DNA of 59,215 nucleotides, taken from the IMG/VR virus record IMGVR_UViG_3300021961_000106, positions 1-59,215 of that record. One strand, given 5' to 3'. The stretch comes from a virus (lineage: Duplodnaviria > Caudoviricetes). The notes beneath the pieces were generated by a model. It had not been told where the DNA came from. It saw nothing but the letters and a program-made list of their open reading frames with translations, and searched no databases. Positions within the stretch are counted from its first letter, which is position 1, and each line of letters opens with the position of its first letter. The position numbers and the translations under genes are program-made. Of this stretch, positions 16,129-25,800 are shown one piece after another.

Positions 16129-16469
16129 AGATAGAACTAAAATGCCCATTTGAAATGGACACATCCACATCAAGTGCCACTAAATGTAAACTTTGTGGTC
16201 TAGAAAAATGGAAACATCAAAAAGAGATGAAAGAAGAACAGAAATTGGATAAACCACTAAAACCGCAACCGAATATACCTGCAGTTGTAAGTAATCCTAT
16301 TGAATTAGTGTCAGTTTTAGCTGAGATAGAACACATAAACAATTTAGGTAAATCAACATGGTATGAAGTTGTTTACTTTGATGGAAACTGGAGATGTTAC
16401 GCTGGTAGTAAAACATTCAAAGATGGTGAAAGAGTTATTAAGTGGAAATATGCTAAGGATTGTTTATAA
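16125..16469 (+). CDS. Cassette ORF with CxxC
   Basis: Starts in a K motif; CKLCG. Confidence 0.6.
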   Translation: MKIELKCPFEMDTSTSSATKCKLCGLEKWKHQKEMKEEQKLDKPLKPQPNIPAVVSNPIELVSVLAEIEHINNLGKSTWYEVVYFDGNWRCYAGSKTFKDGERVIKWKYAKDCL

Positions 16470-16516
16470 CAAAGATAGAGATAAGATTAAATGTAAACCT
16501 TTAACACCAAAGAGAA

Positions 16517-16768
16517 ATGAAAACACTAATAACAAAACAGATTGCAGACAGATTAGAAGAGCTAGCTGTACAATGGAAAGACCACACATCACAAGCAGAA
16601 GCCTTAATGATGGCAGCTAAAGAAGTAATGACCTTTCAAGAGGAAGAGAAAGAGCAGATGAGATTAATTTATGAAGGATTATTGCAAAACATAGGAACAT
16701 CTATAAAGCAATCGGATTTGCCAACATTTGAAGAATATCATGAACAAACATACGGAGGTAACAAATGA
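16517..16768 (+). CDS. Cassette ORF (MKTL...EKEQM...EQTYGGNK)
   Basis: Starts in J, ends in K. Confidence 0.7.
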   Translation: MKTLITKQIADRLEELAVQWKDHTSQAEALMMAAKEVMTFQEEEKEQMRLIYEGLLQNIGTSIKQSDLPTFEEYHEQTYGGNK

Positions 16769-17004
16769 ACGAAGTAACAATCTTTATTAATCGACTCAAG
16801 AAAATAGGTATTGAGTTAGAACTCGCTGGCAATTATCCTTGGATTTATCTTGAGAAGGTGAATGGTAATAGAGTACAGCCTGAAGATTGGATTAATGCTA
16901 ATCACGGCTATACTATAGCTTGGAGCCCAGTACGTAATGATCAAGATTACCGTCTTGACCACGATTGGAAGGAAATGTTTCGCATAATTAGAAAATATAA
17001 ATAG
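16765..17004 (+). CDS. Cassette ORF, hypothetical
   Basis: RLKKIGIE.EL.GNYPWIYL..VNG motif; starts in K. Confidence 0.65.
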   Translation: MNEVTIFINRLKKIGIELELAGNYPWIYLEKVNGNRVQPEDWINANHGYTIAWSPVRNDQDYRLDHDWKEMFRIIRKYK

Positions 17005-17130
17005 TGCAAAATAAAGCACTTTAATTCGGAAAAGTTCCGAATTACGACAGAATTTATACCAATAGTGTAATTTAAGGCTCAATTTCAAACCAAAATGAGC
17101 CACAAATGTCCAATAAATGAACTAAAAAAC

Positions 17131-17313
17131 ATGACATACAAAGTAACATATCTACCAGAAAACAAATCTAAAGGAGGTTTCAGAACTCTTAAGGACGCAT
17201 GGGACTACATCGCAGAGAGCTTCTGTGATGAGTGCTACAAAGAATACATAGATCACGGAACACACGGGTCATGCTCAGACCCATGGGACATTGAACAAGT
17301 AGAAGATGAATAA
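17131..17313 (+). CDS. Hypothetical protein with CxxC
   Basis: Start MTYKVTY after an A-rich spacer; CDEC...C. Confidence 0.55.
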   Translation: MTYKVTYLPENKSKGGFRTLKDAWDYIAESFCDECYKEYIDHGTHGSCSDPWDIEQVEDE

Positions 17314-17458
17314 AAACATCCGCATCGTTGAGGCCATCGTCAATGGCCTGCTGCTTTGGAGAGTGTATGTGAACATGCACTTGGAAGCAACATTCCCGTC
17401 ATACGAAGAGGCCCTCAAGTATGCGGTTGATAGAGAAGGAAGGGCCGTAGAGTTATGA
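17306..17458 (+). CDS. Hypothetical 50-aa protein (paralogue of 15222..15377)
   Basis: MNKNIRIVEAIVNGLLLWRVYVNMHLEATFPSYEEALKYA. Confidence 0.65.
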   Translation: MNKNIRIVEAIVNGLLLWRVYVNMHLEATFPSYEEALKYAVDREGRAVEL

Positions 17459-17622
17459 TCCGCAATATAATTAGCATGATTTCCATGCGCCCTATTGAAT
17501 TCGCGTATTTTGACGAATACGACAACAAGGACGTTTGGATTCATATTGACAAGTACGGATCTGAGTTTATTGCAAATTTGGGATACATTCCCTTTTTAAG
17601 TATTAGAATAAAAATAAAATGA
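17455..17622 (+). CDS. Hypothetical 55-aa protein
   Basis: Manual read; ATGA overlaps at both ends. Confidence 0.5.
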   Translation: MIRNIISMISMRPIEFAYFDEYDNKDVWIHIDKYGSEFIANLGYIPFLSIRIKIK

Positions 17623-17798
17623 AAACTTTAGTAATTTTGGCTGTGTACGCTATGAGTATTGGTGGGTTCCAGTATGCATTTAAGGAACCATCTACGGGGC
17701 GCACTGGCCGCATGAGACTACCAGAAGAGATGAAGGTTGGAGATACTGTGGTCATTGACTCCTTGTATAGGATCATAGACTACAGACCCATCCGATGA
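17619..17798 (+). CDS. Hypothetical 59-aa protein with hydrophobic N-terminus
   Basis: Manual read MKTLVILAVYAMSIGG...; ATGA overlaps. Confidence 0.5.
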   Translation: MKTLVILAVYAMSIGGFQYAFKEPSTGRTGRMRLPEEMKVGDTVVIDSLYRIIDYRPIR

Positions 17799-18034
17799 TT
17801 GACAATTTGTTAACAACTTCATTTGCACAGGACCTAAAGCCCGGTGTATTTTTGTACCTCCACCAAGAAAAAAGATTTGTCTACATCCACTACATTGAAA
17901 GATACGAAGACTCTGTGCTGGCGGCATTCGCTCACACAGAAGTCGGTGAAGGAAATGTACAGGTGGACATCTTTGACATCGACAAGGATGCCTTGGTGGA
18001 GTACTTCGAACCATGCCAAATACAACTCAACTAA
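17795..18034 (+). CDS. Hypothetical protein
   Basis: 79-aa packed ORF. Confidence 0.55.
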   Translation: MIDNLLTTSFAQDLKPGVFLYLHQEKRFVYIHYIERYEDSVLAAFAHTEVGEGNVQVDIFDIDKDALVEYFEPCQIQLN

Positions 18035-18035
18035 A

Positions 18036-18251
18036 ATGGAAGACAACGTAAATCACCCTAAACACTATACCCAAGGAGGTATTGAATGTATCGACGCCAT
18101 CGAATCATCCATGACTCAGCAAGAGTTCCGTGGATACTTGAAGGGGAACATACAGAAATACATCTGGCGGTATGAGTTAAAGAAAAATCCTGCTGAGGAC
18201 TTGAAAAAGGCTCAGTTTTACCTAAACAAACTAATTAATACATTTGAATGA
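18036..18251 (+). CDS. DUF3310 family protein
   Basis: DNVNHPKHYTQGGIECIDAI..GYLKGNIQKYIWRY..EDLKKAQFYL. Confidence 0.9.
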   Translation: MEDNVNHPKHYTQGGIECIDAIESSMTQQEFRGYLKGNIQKYIWRYELKKNPAEDLKKAQFYLNKLINTFE

Positions 18252-18889
18252 AAACAATTTATGAAACCTTGTCGAAGATCAATGTCAACGACAAGACCGA
18301 AAAGAAAGGTAGTCAGACCTACCTATCATGGGCCCATGCATGGGCTGAGATCAAAAAGTTCTATCCTGGCGTTCAGCGTAAGGTGTACGAAGACCACAAT
18401 GGATTCAACTACTTCACAGACGGCAAGACCTGCTGGGTCAAGGTCGGTGTAATTATTGATGAACTAGAGCACATTGATTACCTTCCAATCATGGACATGC
18501 GCAATAACGCTATCCAGTTTGAGAGGGTCACATCATTTGATGTAAACAAAGCCATCCAACGCTCAACGGCAAAGGCTATTGCCATGCACGGACTTGGCCT
18601 GTACATCTACGCCGGAGAGGACATGCCAGAGGCTCCCGTATCTACTAAGGACAGCGTAGTTTCCACCCTTCAGAAAGATGGGTTTAAGATTGCCACAGAG
18701 GCAGACATGGACGCGGCTGGAGTAATTGACTTCAAAAAACTCACCGAGTTCATGAAGCGAGCTGTAGACAGAGGAGACTCATGGGAGACTACCATTGCCA
18801 CAATCGAGGCAAAGAAAGGCGAATTAGCACCAACAACAAAAGGCAATATTCATAATGAATTCAATAGACTTGTTGCGGAGCGACGATAA
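18248..18889 (+). CDS. Sak-type single-strand annealing protein (DUF1071)
   Basis: YLSWAHAW...LPIMD.RN...NKAIQR...KAIAMHGLGLYIYAGED. Confidence 0.85.
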   Translation: MKTIYETLSKINVNDKTEKKGSQTYLSWAHAWAEIKKFYPGVQRKVYEDHNGFNYFTDGKTCWVKVGVIIDELEHIDYLPIMDMRNNAIQFERVTSFDVNKAIQRSTAKAIAMHGLGLYIYAGEDMPEAPVSTKDSVVSTLQKDGFKIATEADMDAAGVIDFKKLTEFMKRAVDRGDSWETTIATIEAKKGELAPTTKGNIHNEFNRLVAERR

Positions 18890-19574
18890 TTACTACGGCA
18901 CGGAAGGCCGCAAGTACTTATCAAACTCAGACATCCGCGCACTTCTAAAGGATCCACATTCCTTTCGAAAGGAGCAGCCGAAGTCTGTAGCGATGGTGGA
19001 GGGTTCGTACTTCCACACGGCAATGCTAGAGCCACACAAACTAGACCAATTCAAGTTTGTTGACGCTAGCACACGAAACACAAACAAGTACAAGGAAGAG
19101 GCTGGAGGAGATATTATCCTTTTGGAGAGCGAGAAGGTGGAGCTCGACAGGATGGTTGATGCCCTCCAGTCTAACCTTGAGTTGTACGAGATGATATACG
19201 CTGAAGGTGCTAAGTTTGAAGAGCCCGCCATTGGTGAGATAAAGCATACAATGTGGAAAGGAAAGGCAGATGTTCTGACAGGTGACTACATTGTTGACAT
19301 CAAGACCACATCGTCGATCGATGAGTTTAAGTGGTCAGCGGCTAAGTACAACTATGACTCTCAGGCGTGGATATATAACCAGCTGTTTGGTCGCCCGCTT
19401 GTGTTCATCGCAATCGAGAAGAAGACATGCCGCACAGGCGTATTCGAATGCAGCGAGAACTTCCTTGACAAGGGCAAGGAGAAGGTCATGCGTGCTATCG
19501 AGGTCTACAATAGGTTCTTTGCCCCTGATTCTAAGGAGCTGTTGAGCCAGTATTTTATCAGTGAAACCCTTTAA
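18855..19574 (+). CDS. PD-(D/E)XK exonuclease (RecE/DUF3799-like)
   Basis: LSNSD, GS.FH...LEP, KGKAD, DIKTT and Y.YD.QA.IY motifs. Confidence 0.85.
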   Translation: MNSIDLLRSDDNYYGTEGRKYLSNSDIRALLKDPHSFRKEQPKSVAMVEGSYFHTAMLEPHKLDQFKFVDASTRNTNKYKEEAGGDIILLESEKVELDRMVDALQSNLELYEMIYAEGAKFEEPAIGEIKHTMWKGKADVLTGDYIVDIKTTSSIDEFKWSAAKYNYDSQAWIYNQLFGRPLVFIAIEKKTCRTGVFECSENFLDKGKEKVMRAIEVYNRFFAPDSKELLSQYFISETL

Positions 19575-19586
19575 TTATTTATTTAT

Positions 19587-19892
19587 ATGGCTAGTGTAGT
19601 TAGTATTTCGATCGATCTTTCGAAGATCGACAAGAGCAAAATCGTAGAAGGTAAGAACGGCGCCAAGTATTTGGACCTGAACCTATCTATCAACGACGAG
19701 ACAAACGATTATGGTAAGAACGTAAGTGTATTCCATTCTCAAACAAAGGAGGAGCGAGAGGGTAAAGTACCTCGCGACTATGTCGGCAACGGCAAACTTG
19801 TTTGGACAGACGGCAAGATAACAATGGCCGAGTCTAAGCAGAAGCCTAAGCCACAAAAGCAACAAAAGTTCGGGGACGATCTCGGATTCTAA
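19587..19892 (+). CDS. Single-stranded DNA-binding protein (Bacteroidota phage type)
   Basis: SIDLSKI.K..GK.G.KYL...QTKEERE...YVGNGK; acidic tail DDLGF. Confidence 0.7.
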   Translation: MASVVSISIDLSKIDKSKIVEGKNGAKYLDLNLSINDETNDYGKNVSVFHSQTKEEREGKVPRDYVGNGKLVWTDGKITMAESKQKPKPQKQQKFGDDLGF

Positions 19893-19901
19893 GTTTCACA
19901 C

Positions 19902-19924
19902 GGGGCCCTTCGGGGCCCCTTTCT
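19902..19924 (+). terminator. GC hairpin, likely terminator or attenuator
   Basis: GGGGCCC-TTCG-GGGCCCC-TTTCT. Confidence 0.6.
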
Positions 19925-19937
19925 ACCAAACAACAAA

Positions 19938-22337
19938 ATGAACGTAACTATATTCAAAGACATTAAAGACACGTCCACCCCATTCCATAGGGACGTGATG
20001 GTCATCCTTGACCGAATTAGGGATGGGAAATCAAAAGAGATTGTAGGTCGCGTAAGGTCAGAGAAAAATAAGGACATGCGCAACATTGCAAAGCAGGAGC
20101 TTCCGGCGATATGCTTCAGTGGAGAGTTCACAAAGCGAGAGGACAAGGCTATAGTTAAGCACAGCGGTCTTATCTGCATCGACTTTGATAACTTCCCTAG
20201 CAAGAGCGAGATGGGATCAATGCGTGAGTTCTTGATCAATGACAAGTACACATTTAGTGTGTTTACATCTCCTAGTGGAAACGGGCTAAAGGTTCTGGTT
20301 AAGATTCCTGCTGACGCTGACAAGCACCGAGACTACTTCGAGGGTCTGCAGGCTTACTACAACTCAGACTACTTTGATAAGAGCTGCAAGAACGTGAGCC
20401 GTGTGTGTTATGAGTCATATGACCCATTGATCCACATCAATGAAAACAGCGACACTTGGACCAAAATTGCAGAGAAAGAATACAAGCACCTTGAGGTTGG
20501 GATGACAGCTCCAACAATTAGGGTATCAGACAGCAATGAAGTTGTTAGGCGCCTTAAGCTGTGGTGGGAGAAGAAGTATGGTATCGTAGTAGGTGAGCGA
20601 AACAACAATCTGTTCAAGCTAGCTGCCGCGTTCAATGACTTTGGCATTAGTAAGGACATGGCTCACTACTTGATGCTTGAGTATCAGCATGACGGGTTCC
20701 CAGCTTCCGAGATTCGAACCATTGTGGACAGCGCATACAGGGCCACAGAAAAGTTTAATACCAAGTTCTTTGAGGACACCGACGCTCTTGACACTGTAAA
20801 GCGACAGATCAAAATGGGTGTGCCAAAAAAGGAAGTGCGGACTCAACTGCGAGATGCTGGCGTTGAAGACTCCGCTATTGATGCCGTCATATATCGTGCA
20901 GAAGAAGAGAGCAAGTCGGCTGAGTTCTGGACGAAAAGTGAAAAGGGTGTCGTCAGTATCGCCCCACATTTATTCAAGCAATTTTTAGAAGACAATGGAT
21001 TTAGAAAGTATAGGCCAGAGGGGTCGGACGCTTTTATTTTCGTTAAGGTTACGAATAGCCTTATATCGAATACGTCGGAAGACCTCATCAAGGATTTTGT
21101 TTTAAACTACTTGGAGAACCTTGGAGACATGTCTGTGTACAATCACTTTGCAGACAAGACCAAGTACTTCAAAGAGGACTACCTGAAGCTTATGTCTCCG
21201 GTAGATGTATACTTCATACAAGATACCAAGGACACCGCATACCTATACTTCCGCAACTGCGCTGTACAGGTGAAGGCAGATGAGTTTAGGATCATAGACT
21301 ACCTTGACCTAAATGGTTTTGTATGGAAGGACCAGGTTATTCAGCGAGACTTCGAGGACTGCAACAGCACTCGCTGTGATTTCAAGCAGTTCATCCGGAA
21401 CATATCAGGCAAGGACTCTAATCGTATTGCGTCTATCGAGAGCACTATAGGATACCTGATGCACGGATACAAAATGTCGTCAAAGGCGCCTGCTGTCATC
21501 ATCAACGACGAGGTCATATCGGACAACCCAGAGGGCGGTACCGGTAAAGGATTATTTGTCAATGGCGTTAGCAAGATGAAGAAGATGGTAACTATCGACG
21601 GAAAGGCGTTTAACTTCGAGCGCTCATTTGCATATCAGTTAGTATCGGCCGATACCCAGGTCTTGACGTTTGATGACGTTCGAAAGCACTTTGACTTTGA
21701 GCGATTGTTTTCTATTGTAACGGAAGGTATAACGCTTGAAAAGAAGAACAAGGACGCCATTAAGATACCATTTGAGAAGTCTCCTAAGATTGTCATTACG
21801 ACGAACTATGCCATCAAGGGATCCGGCAATTCATTTGCTCGACGTAAGTGGGAACTGGAGTTTAAGAAGTACTACTCTAAGGACTTTACTCCTTACGAAG
21901 AGTTTGGTCGTATGCTTTTCTCTGAGTGGGATACGGATGAGTGGTGCCGCTTTGACAACTACATGATCACGTGCCTTCAGTTATATCTGGAGAACGGACT
22001 AATTGAGAGTGACTTCGTCAACCTTAAGGAGCGCAAGTTCCATGCAGAGACCTGCAAGGAGTTTGCTGACTGGTGTAAGGACGAGATGGGTATTCGCTTC
22101 AAATACAACACGTATATCAGCTTGGCCGATATAATGGCTGCGTTTACCAACGAGTACCCAGACTTTGGAGCACGGGGCAAGTATAGCATATCTACCCGAC
22201 AGATGTCTAGGTGGATGGTGGCATACAACCGATTCATGTTTGGCATGGACACCAAGGAGTCGCGCAACGCAAGAGGAAAAACAATTCTAATCCAAACATC
22301 TTCATCTGAACTAGATGAGGAAGAAATACCATTCTAA
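19938..22337 (+). CDS. Primase-helicase (BT4734/VirE-N, PriCT, P-loop ATPase)
   Basis: K..LPAICFSG.F..R, GLICIDFD, SPSGNGLK, GERNN.LF, GGTGKG Walker A, FDD Walker B. Confidence 0.85.
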   Translation: MNVTIFKDIKDTSTPFHRDVMVILDRIRDGKSKEIVGRVRSEKNKDMRNIAKQELPAICFSGEFTKREDKAIVKHSGLICIDFDNFPSKSEMGSMREFLINDKYTFSVFTSPSGNGLKVLVKIPADADKHRDYFEGLQAYYNSDYFDKSCKNVSRVCYESYDPLIHINENSDTWTKIAEKEYKHLEVGMTAPTIRVSDSNEVVRRLKLWWEKKYGIVVGERNNNLFKLAAAFNDFGISKDMAHYLMLEYQHDGFPASEIRTIVDSAYRATEKFNTKFFEDTDALDTVKRQIKMGVPKKEVRTQLRDAGVEDSAIDAVIYRAEEESKSAEFWTKSEKGVVSIAPHLFKQFLEDNGFRKYRPEGSDAFIFVKVTNSLISNTSEDLIKDFVLNYLENLGDMSVYNHFADKTKYFKEDYLKLMSPVDVYFIQDTKDTAYLYFRNCAVQVKADEFRIIDYLDLNGFVWKDQVIQRDFEDCNSTRCDFKQFIRNISGKDSNRIASIESTIGYLMHGYKMSSKAPAVIINDEVISDNPEGGTGKGLFVNGVSKMKKMVTIDGKAFNFERSFAYQLVSADTQVLTFDDVRKHFDFERLFSIVTEGITLEKKNKDAIKIPFEKSPKIVITTNYAIKGSGNSFARRKWELEFKKYYSKDFTPYEEFGRMLFSEWDTDEWCRFDNYMITCLQLYLENGLIESDFVNLKERKFHAETCKEFADWCKDEMGIRFKYNTYISLADIMAAFTNEYPDFGARGKYSISTRQMSRWMVAYNRFMFGMDTKESRNARGKTILIQTSSSELDEEEIPF

Positions 22338-23581
22338 TGATAAAACTAAGAGATTACCAAGAGTCAATAGCAAGTGAAGGCTATAAGATACTTAGGAGCC
22401 GAGGCCTTCTGTATCTCTCTATGGAGGTAAGGACGGGAAAGACGCTGACGTCGTTGTCTATATGTGATAGGCTTAGAGTCGACAATGTCCTGTTTCTAAC
22501 AAAGAAGAAGGCTATAAGCTCAATCACAAAGGACAGCGACATGCTATGCCCAACGTATGTTCTGTTTGTAATGAACTATGAGAGCATCCATAAGCTTCCT
22601 CCAATAAAGTGGGACGTGATTATCTGTGACGAGGCCCATACAATGGGGGCGTTCCCAAAACCAAGCAAGCGAGCCAAGCAGGTTCGTGAGCTTCTGAAGG
22701 ACGGAGCCATGCTCATGCTCATGAGCGGAACACCTACGCCTGAGTCATTTTCACAGATGTACCATCAGGTCTATGGCCATAGACGCAACCCGTTCTTTGA
22801 GTTCACAAACTTCTACCGGTTCGCCGATAAGCACGTCACCGTGACTCAGCGTTACCTTGGGCATGGGATGGTGAAGGACTATACCATTGGCAAGCAGTCT
22901 ATCATTGACGCCATGAAGCCATACACCATAAGCTATACGCAGAAGGAGGCAGGCTTTGTTGGTGAGATTGAGGAGGAGGTTCTGTACGTACAGATGAACG
23001 ACCAAACCTACGACATGTGCAAGCAGCTCAAGAAAGATCTGGTGCTAATTGGAAAGGAGGAATCTATCGTAGCCGACACAGGAGCTAAGCTCATGCAGAA
23101 GCTGCATCAGATGTTCAGCGGTACGGTGATCTTTGAATCTGGGAACTACAAGGTGTTTGACCTATCAAAGGCTGAGGCCATACGTGCCAAGTTTGAAGGG
23201 AAGAAGATTGGAATCTTTTACAAGTTCAAGGCTGAGTTCGACGCCATTAAGCAGGTCTTCGGAAAGGAGAATGTTACGCAAGAGGTTGACACGTTTGACA
23301 ACACCGATTGTCAGGTAATAGCCTTACAAATAGTAAGCGGTCGTGAAGGTATATCTTTACGAAATGCCGAGTATCTGATCTTCTACAACATCGACTTCTC
23401 TGCAACAAGTTATTGGCAGGCAAGGGATAGGATGACTACCAAGGAACGCAAATTCAACAAGGTGTACTGGGTGTTTTCTAGAGGTGGCATTGAGGAAAAA
23501 ATCTATCAAAGTGTTAATAAAAAGAAGGACTATACGCTTGAGCACTTCCGTAGAGATTTACTAAATTTGCCCCTCCTATGA
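22337..23581 (+). CDS. SNF2-like superfamily 2 helicase
   Basis: RTGKT, DEAH, SGTP, GREGISL and YWQARDR motifs. Confidence 0.85.
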   Translation: MIKLRDYQESIASEGYKILRSRGLLYLSMEVRTGKTLTSLSICDRLRVDNVLFLTKKKAISSITKDSDMLCPTYVLFVMNYESIHKLPPIKWDVIICDEAHTMGAFPKPSKRAKQVRELLKDGAMLMLMSGTPTPESFSQMYHQVYGHRRNPFFEFTNFYRFADKHVTVTQRYLGHGMVKDYTIGKQSIIDAMKPYTISYTQKEAGFVGEIEEEVLYVQMNDQTYDMCKQLKKDLVLIGKEESIVADTGAKLMQKLHQMFSGTVIFESGNYKVFDLSKAEAIRAKFEGKKIGIFYKFKAEFDAIKQVFGKENVTQEVDTFDNTDCQVIALQIVSGREGISLRNAEYLIFYNIDFSATSYWQARDRMTTKERKFNKVYWVFSRGGIEEKIYQSVNKKKDYTLEHFRRDLLNLPLL

Positions 23582-23817
23582 CGGAGCAACAGATTCAATC
23601 AAGGAGAATAAAAGAACTTGAATCTGAAGGGTACTACGTCATAAAACTCATCAAGACCAACAAGAATGGCATCCCTGATCTGATTGCATTGCATCCAGAT
23701 AAGGGAATACTATTCTCCGAAATTAAAACTGCTAAAGGGAGACTCTCTGCCCTTCAGGAGTATCGAATTAAAGAACTGAGAGACAACGGATTTACAGTAG
23801 AAATATACAAACCATGA
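23578..23817 (+). CDS. VRR-NUC nuclease
   Basis: E..IQ...GIPDL...EIK...GRLS.LQ. Confidence 0.85.
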   Translation: MTEQQIQSRRIKELESEGYYVIKLIKTNKNGIPDLIALHPDKGILFSEIKTAKGRLSALQEYRIKELRDNGFTVEIYKP

Positions 23818-25670
23818 ACATATCACAGAAAATTTTATCAGACATCATTGTGTACTCAAAGTACGCACGCTACAACTCTTTAATTGGTCGCCGTGAGACT
23901 TGGGAAGAAATTGTCACACGTAACAAGAACATGCACATCCGTAAGTTCCCTCACATGAAGGAGCGTATTGAGGCTGCATACAAATTGGTATACGACAAGA
24001 AGATCCTTCCATCTATGCGTTCGCTTCAGTTTGGTGGCAACGCCATTGAGGTAAACAACGCGCGACTATTCAACTGCTCGTACTTGCCTATTGATGACCA
24101 CCGTGCATTCTCTGAGGCATTTTTCTTGTTATTGTCTGGCTGTGGCGTAGGCTATTCTGTTCAGAAGCACCACGTAGATCGTTTGCCTGAGATCAAGAAG
24201 CCAACCAAGCAGCGCAAGTTCTTAATATCAGATGATATTATGGGCTGGGCTGATGCTGTTAAGGCTCTTATGAAGTCATACTTCGGAATGAGCAGCTCTG
24301 AGCCCGTGTTTGACTTCCGCTCAGTCCGCCCACAGGGAGAGCCATTGAAGACCAGTGGTGGCGTAGCTCCAGGCCCTGGGCCATTGCGTGTGGCTCTTGG
24401 TAAGATTAAGGGTGTGCTTGAGAACAAGACTGACGGAGATAAGCTGACACCACTGGAGTGCCATGACATCATGTGCCACATTGCCGACTCTGTGTTGGCT
24501 GGAGGTATTCGTCGCAGTGCCATGATTAGTTTGTTTGACCATGATGACAATGAGATGTTGACTTGCAAGTTCGGTAATTGGTGGGAGCTTAACCCTCAAC
24601 GTGGACGTGCAAACAACAGCGTGGTACTTGAGCGTAACAGTATCTCTCGTGACTACTTCATGGAGTTATGGAAGAAGGTTGAGTTGTCTAACAGCGGAGA
24701 ACCCGGTTTCTACTTTACTCACAACAAAGACTGGGGAACTAATCCATGCTGCGAGATTGGACTGCAGCCTTTCCAGTTCTGTAACTTGGTAGAGGTTAAC
24801 GCAAGCGACGTCAAGGATCAAATTGACCTGAACGAACGTGTAGGGTCAGCTGCTCTTATTGGAACGCTCCAAGCGTCGTACACCGACTTCCACTATTTGA
24901 GGCCCATTTGGCAGCGCACAACGGAGGAAGACGCCCTTCTTGGTATCGGAATGACAGGCATCGCCTCAAATGCTCTTAGAGGGCTTAATTTGAGCGAGGC
25001 TGTTGAGGTTGCTAAGGCCGTCAACAAGGTGGCATCATCTGACATTGGAATCAATGAGGCTGCTCGCATTACCTGTGTGAAGCCAAGCGGAACGTCATCA
25101 ATCGTTCTTGGCACCTCTAGCGGTATCCACGCATGGCACGACCAGTATTATATCCGTCGAGTTCGCGTTGGCAAAGAGGAGCCATTGTATAAGTACTTGG
25201 CTGAGGCTGCTCCAGAAATGCTAGAGGACGATTTTTTCAAGCCAATGGACCAAGCTGTGATCTCTGTTCCTCAATCTGCTCCACAAGGATCAGTACTGAG
25301 AGGCGAAGAAGACGCATTGACTTTTCTTGAGCGCATCAAGCGGTTCTCTATTGACTGGATCAAGCCAGGACACAAGAAGGGAGCTAACACTCACAACATC
25401 TCTGCTACAGTTACTATTGATGATAGTGAATGGAAAGAGGTAGGAGAGTGGCTGTGGGCAAACAAGGATTTTTACAACGGCCTTTCGTTTTTGCCGAAGG
25501 ATTTGGGCACGTACGTTCAGACGCCATTTGAATCAACCACGCAAGATGTGTACGAGTCAATGATGGCTACTCTCAAGGACATCGACCTGCGCAACGTGCA
25601 GGAGGGTACTGACAACACCAACCTGATGGGCGAGGCATCCTGTGCTGGTGGCGCGTGCGAGGTACAATAG
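23814..25670 (+). CDS. nrdJ: Class II (adenosylcobalamin-dependent) ribonucleotide reductase
   Basis: KYARY, RRETW, LPSMR, FNC, NPCCE, VKPSGT and C-terminal CAGGAC; no adjacent beta subunit. Confidence 0.85.
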   Translation: MNISQKILSDIIVYSKYARYNSLIGRRETWEEIVTRNKNMHIRKFPHMKERIEAAYKLVYDKKILPSMRSLQFGGNAIEVNNARLFNCSYLPIDDHRAFSEAFFLLLSGCGVGYSVQKHHVDRLPEIKKPTKQRKFLISDDIMGWADAVKALMKSYFGMSSSEPVFDFRSVRPQGEPLKTSGGVAPGPGPLRVALGKIKGVLENKTDGDKLTPLECHDIMCHIADSVLAGGIRRSAMISLFDHDDNEMLTCKFGNWWELNPQRGRANNSVVLERNSISRDYFMELWKKVELSNSGEPGFYFTHNKDWGTNPCCEIGLQPFQFCNLVEVNASDVKDQIDLNERVGSAALIGTLQASYTDFHYLRPIWQRTTEEDALLGIGMTGIASNALRGLNLSEAVEVAKAVNKVASSDIGINEAARITCVKPSGTSSIVLGTSSGIHAWHDQYYIRRVRVGKEEPLYKYLAEAAPEMLEDDFFKPMDQAVISVPQSAPQGSVLRGEEDALTFLERIKRFSIDWIKPGHKKGANTHNISATVTIDDSEWKEVGEWLWANKDFYNGLSFLPKDLGTYVQTPFESTTQDVYESMMATLKDIDLRNVQEGTDNTNLMGEASCAGGACEVQ

Positions 25671-25757
25671 TTAATAAGTTGTTAACCACTATTGATATAT
25701 AGTTGAATATATTTGTCATAACAAATTGGTTGTTTTCATTTTGGTATGTTTAGGTAT

Positions 25758-25789
25758 GGGGCTCAGAGATAATCTGGGCCCCTTTTATT
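25758..25789 (+). terminator. Intrinsic terminator
   Basis: GGGGCTCAGA/TCTGGGCCCC stem followed by TTTTATT. Confidence 0.65.
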
Positions 25790-25800
25790 AAGGACAAAAA

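Larger units (their letters stand above)
15641..16769 (+). repeat. Repeated gene-junction motifs J (x4) and K (x2)
   Basis: AACACCAAAGAGAAATGA ending at 15660 (2-nt insertion), 15869, 16091, 16520; AAACATACGGAGGTAACAAATGAA at 16106 and 16746. Confidence 0.9.

Noticed and set aside
15366-16769. CRISPR array or integron
   Set aside because: Spacing is irregular and gene-sized, repeats overlap coding junctions, and no cas or integrase gene is visible.
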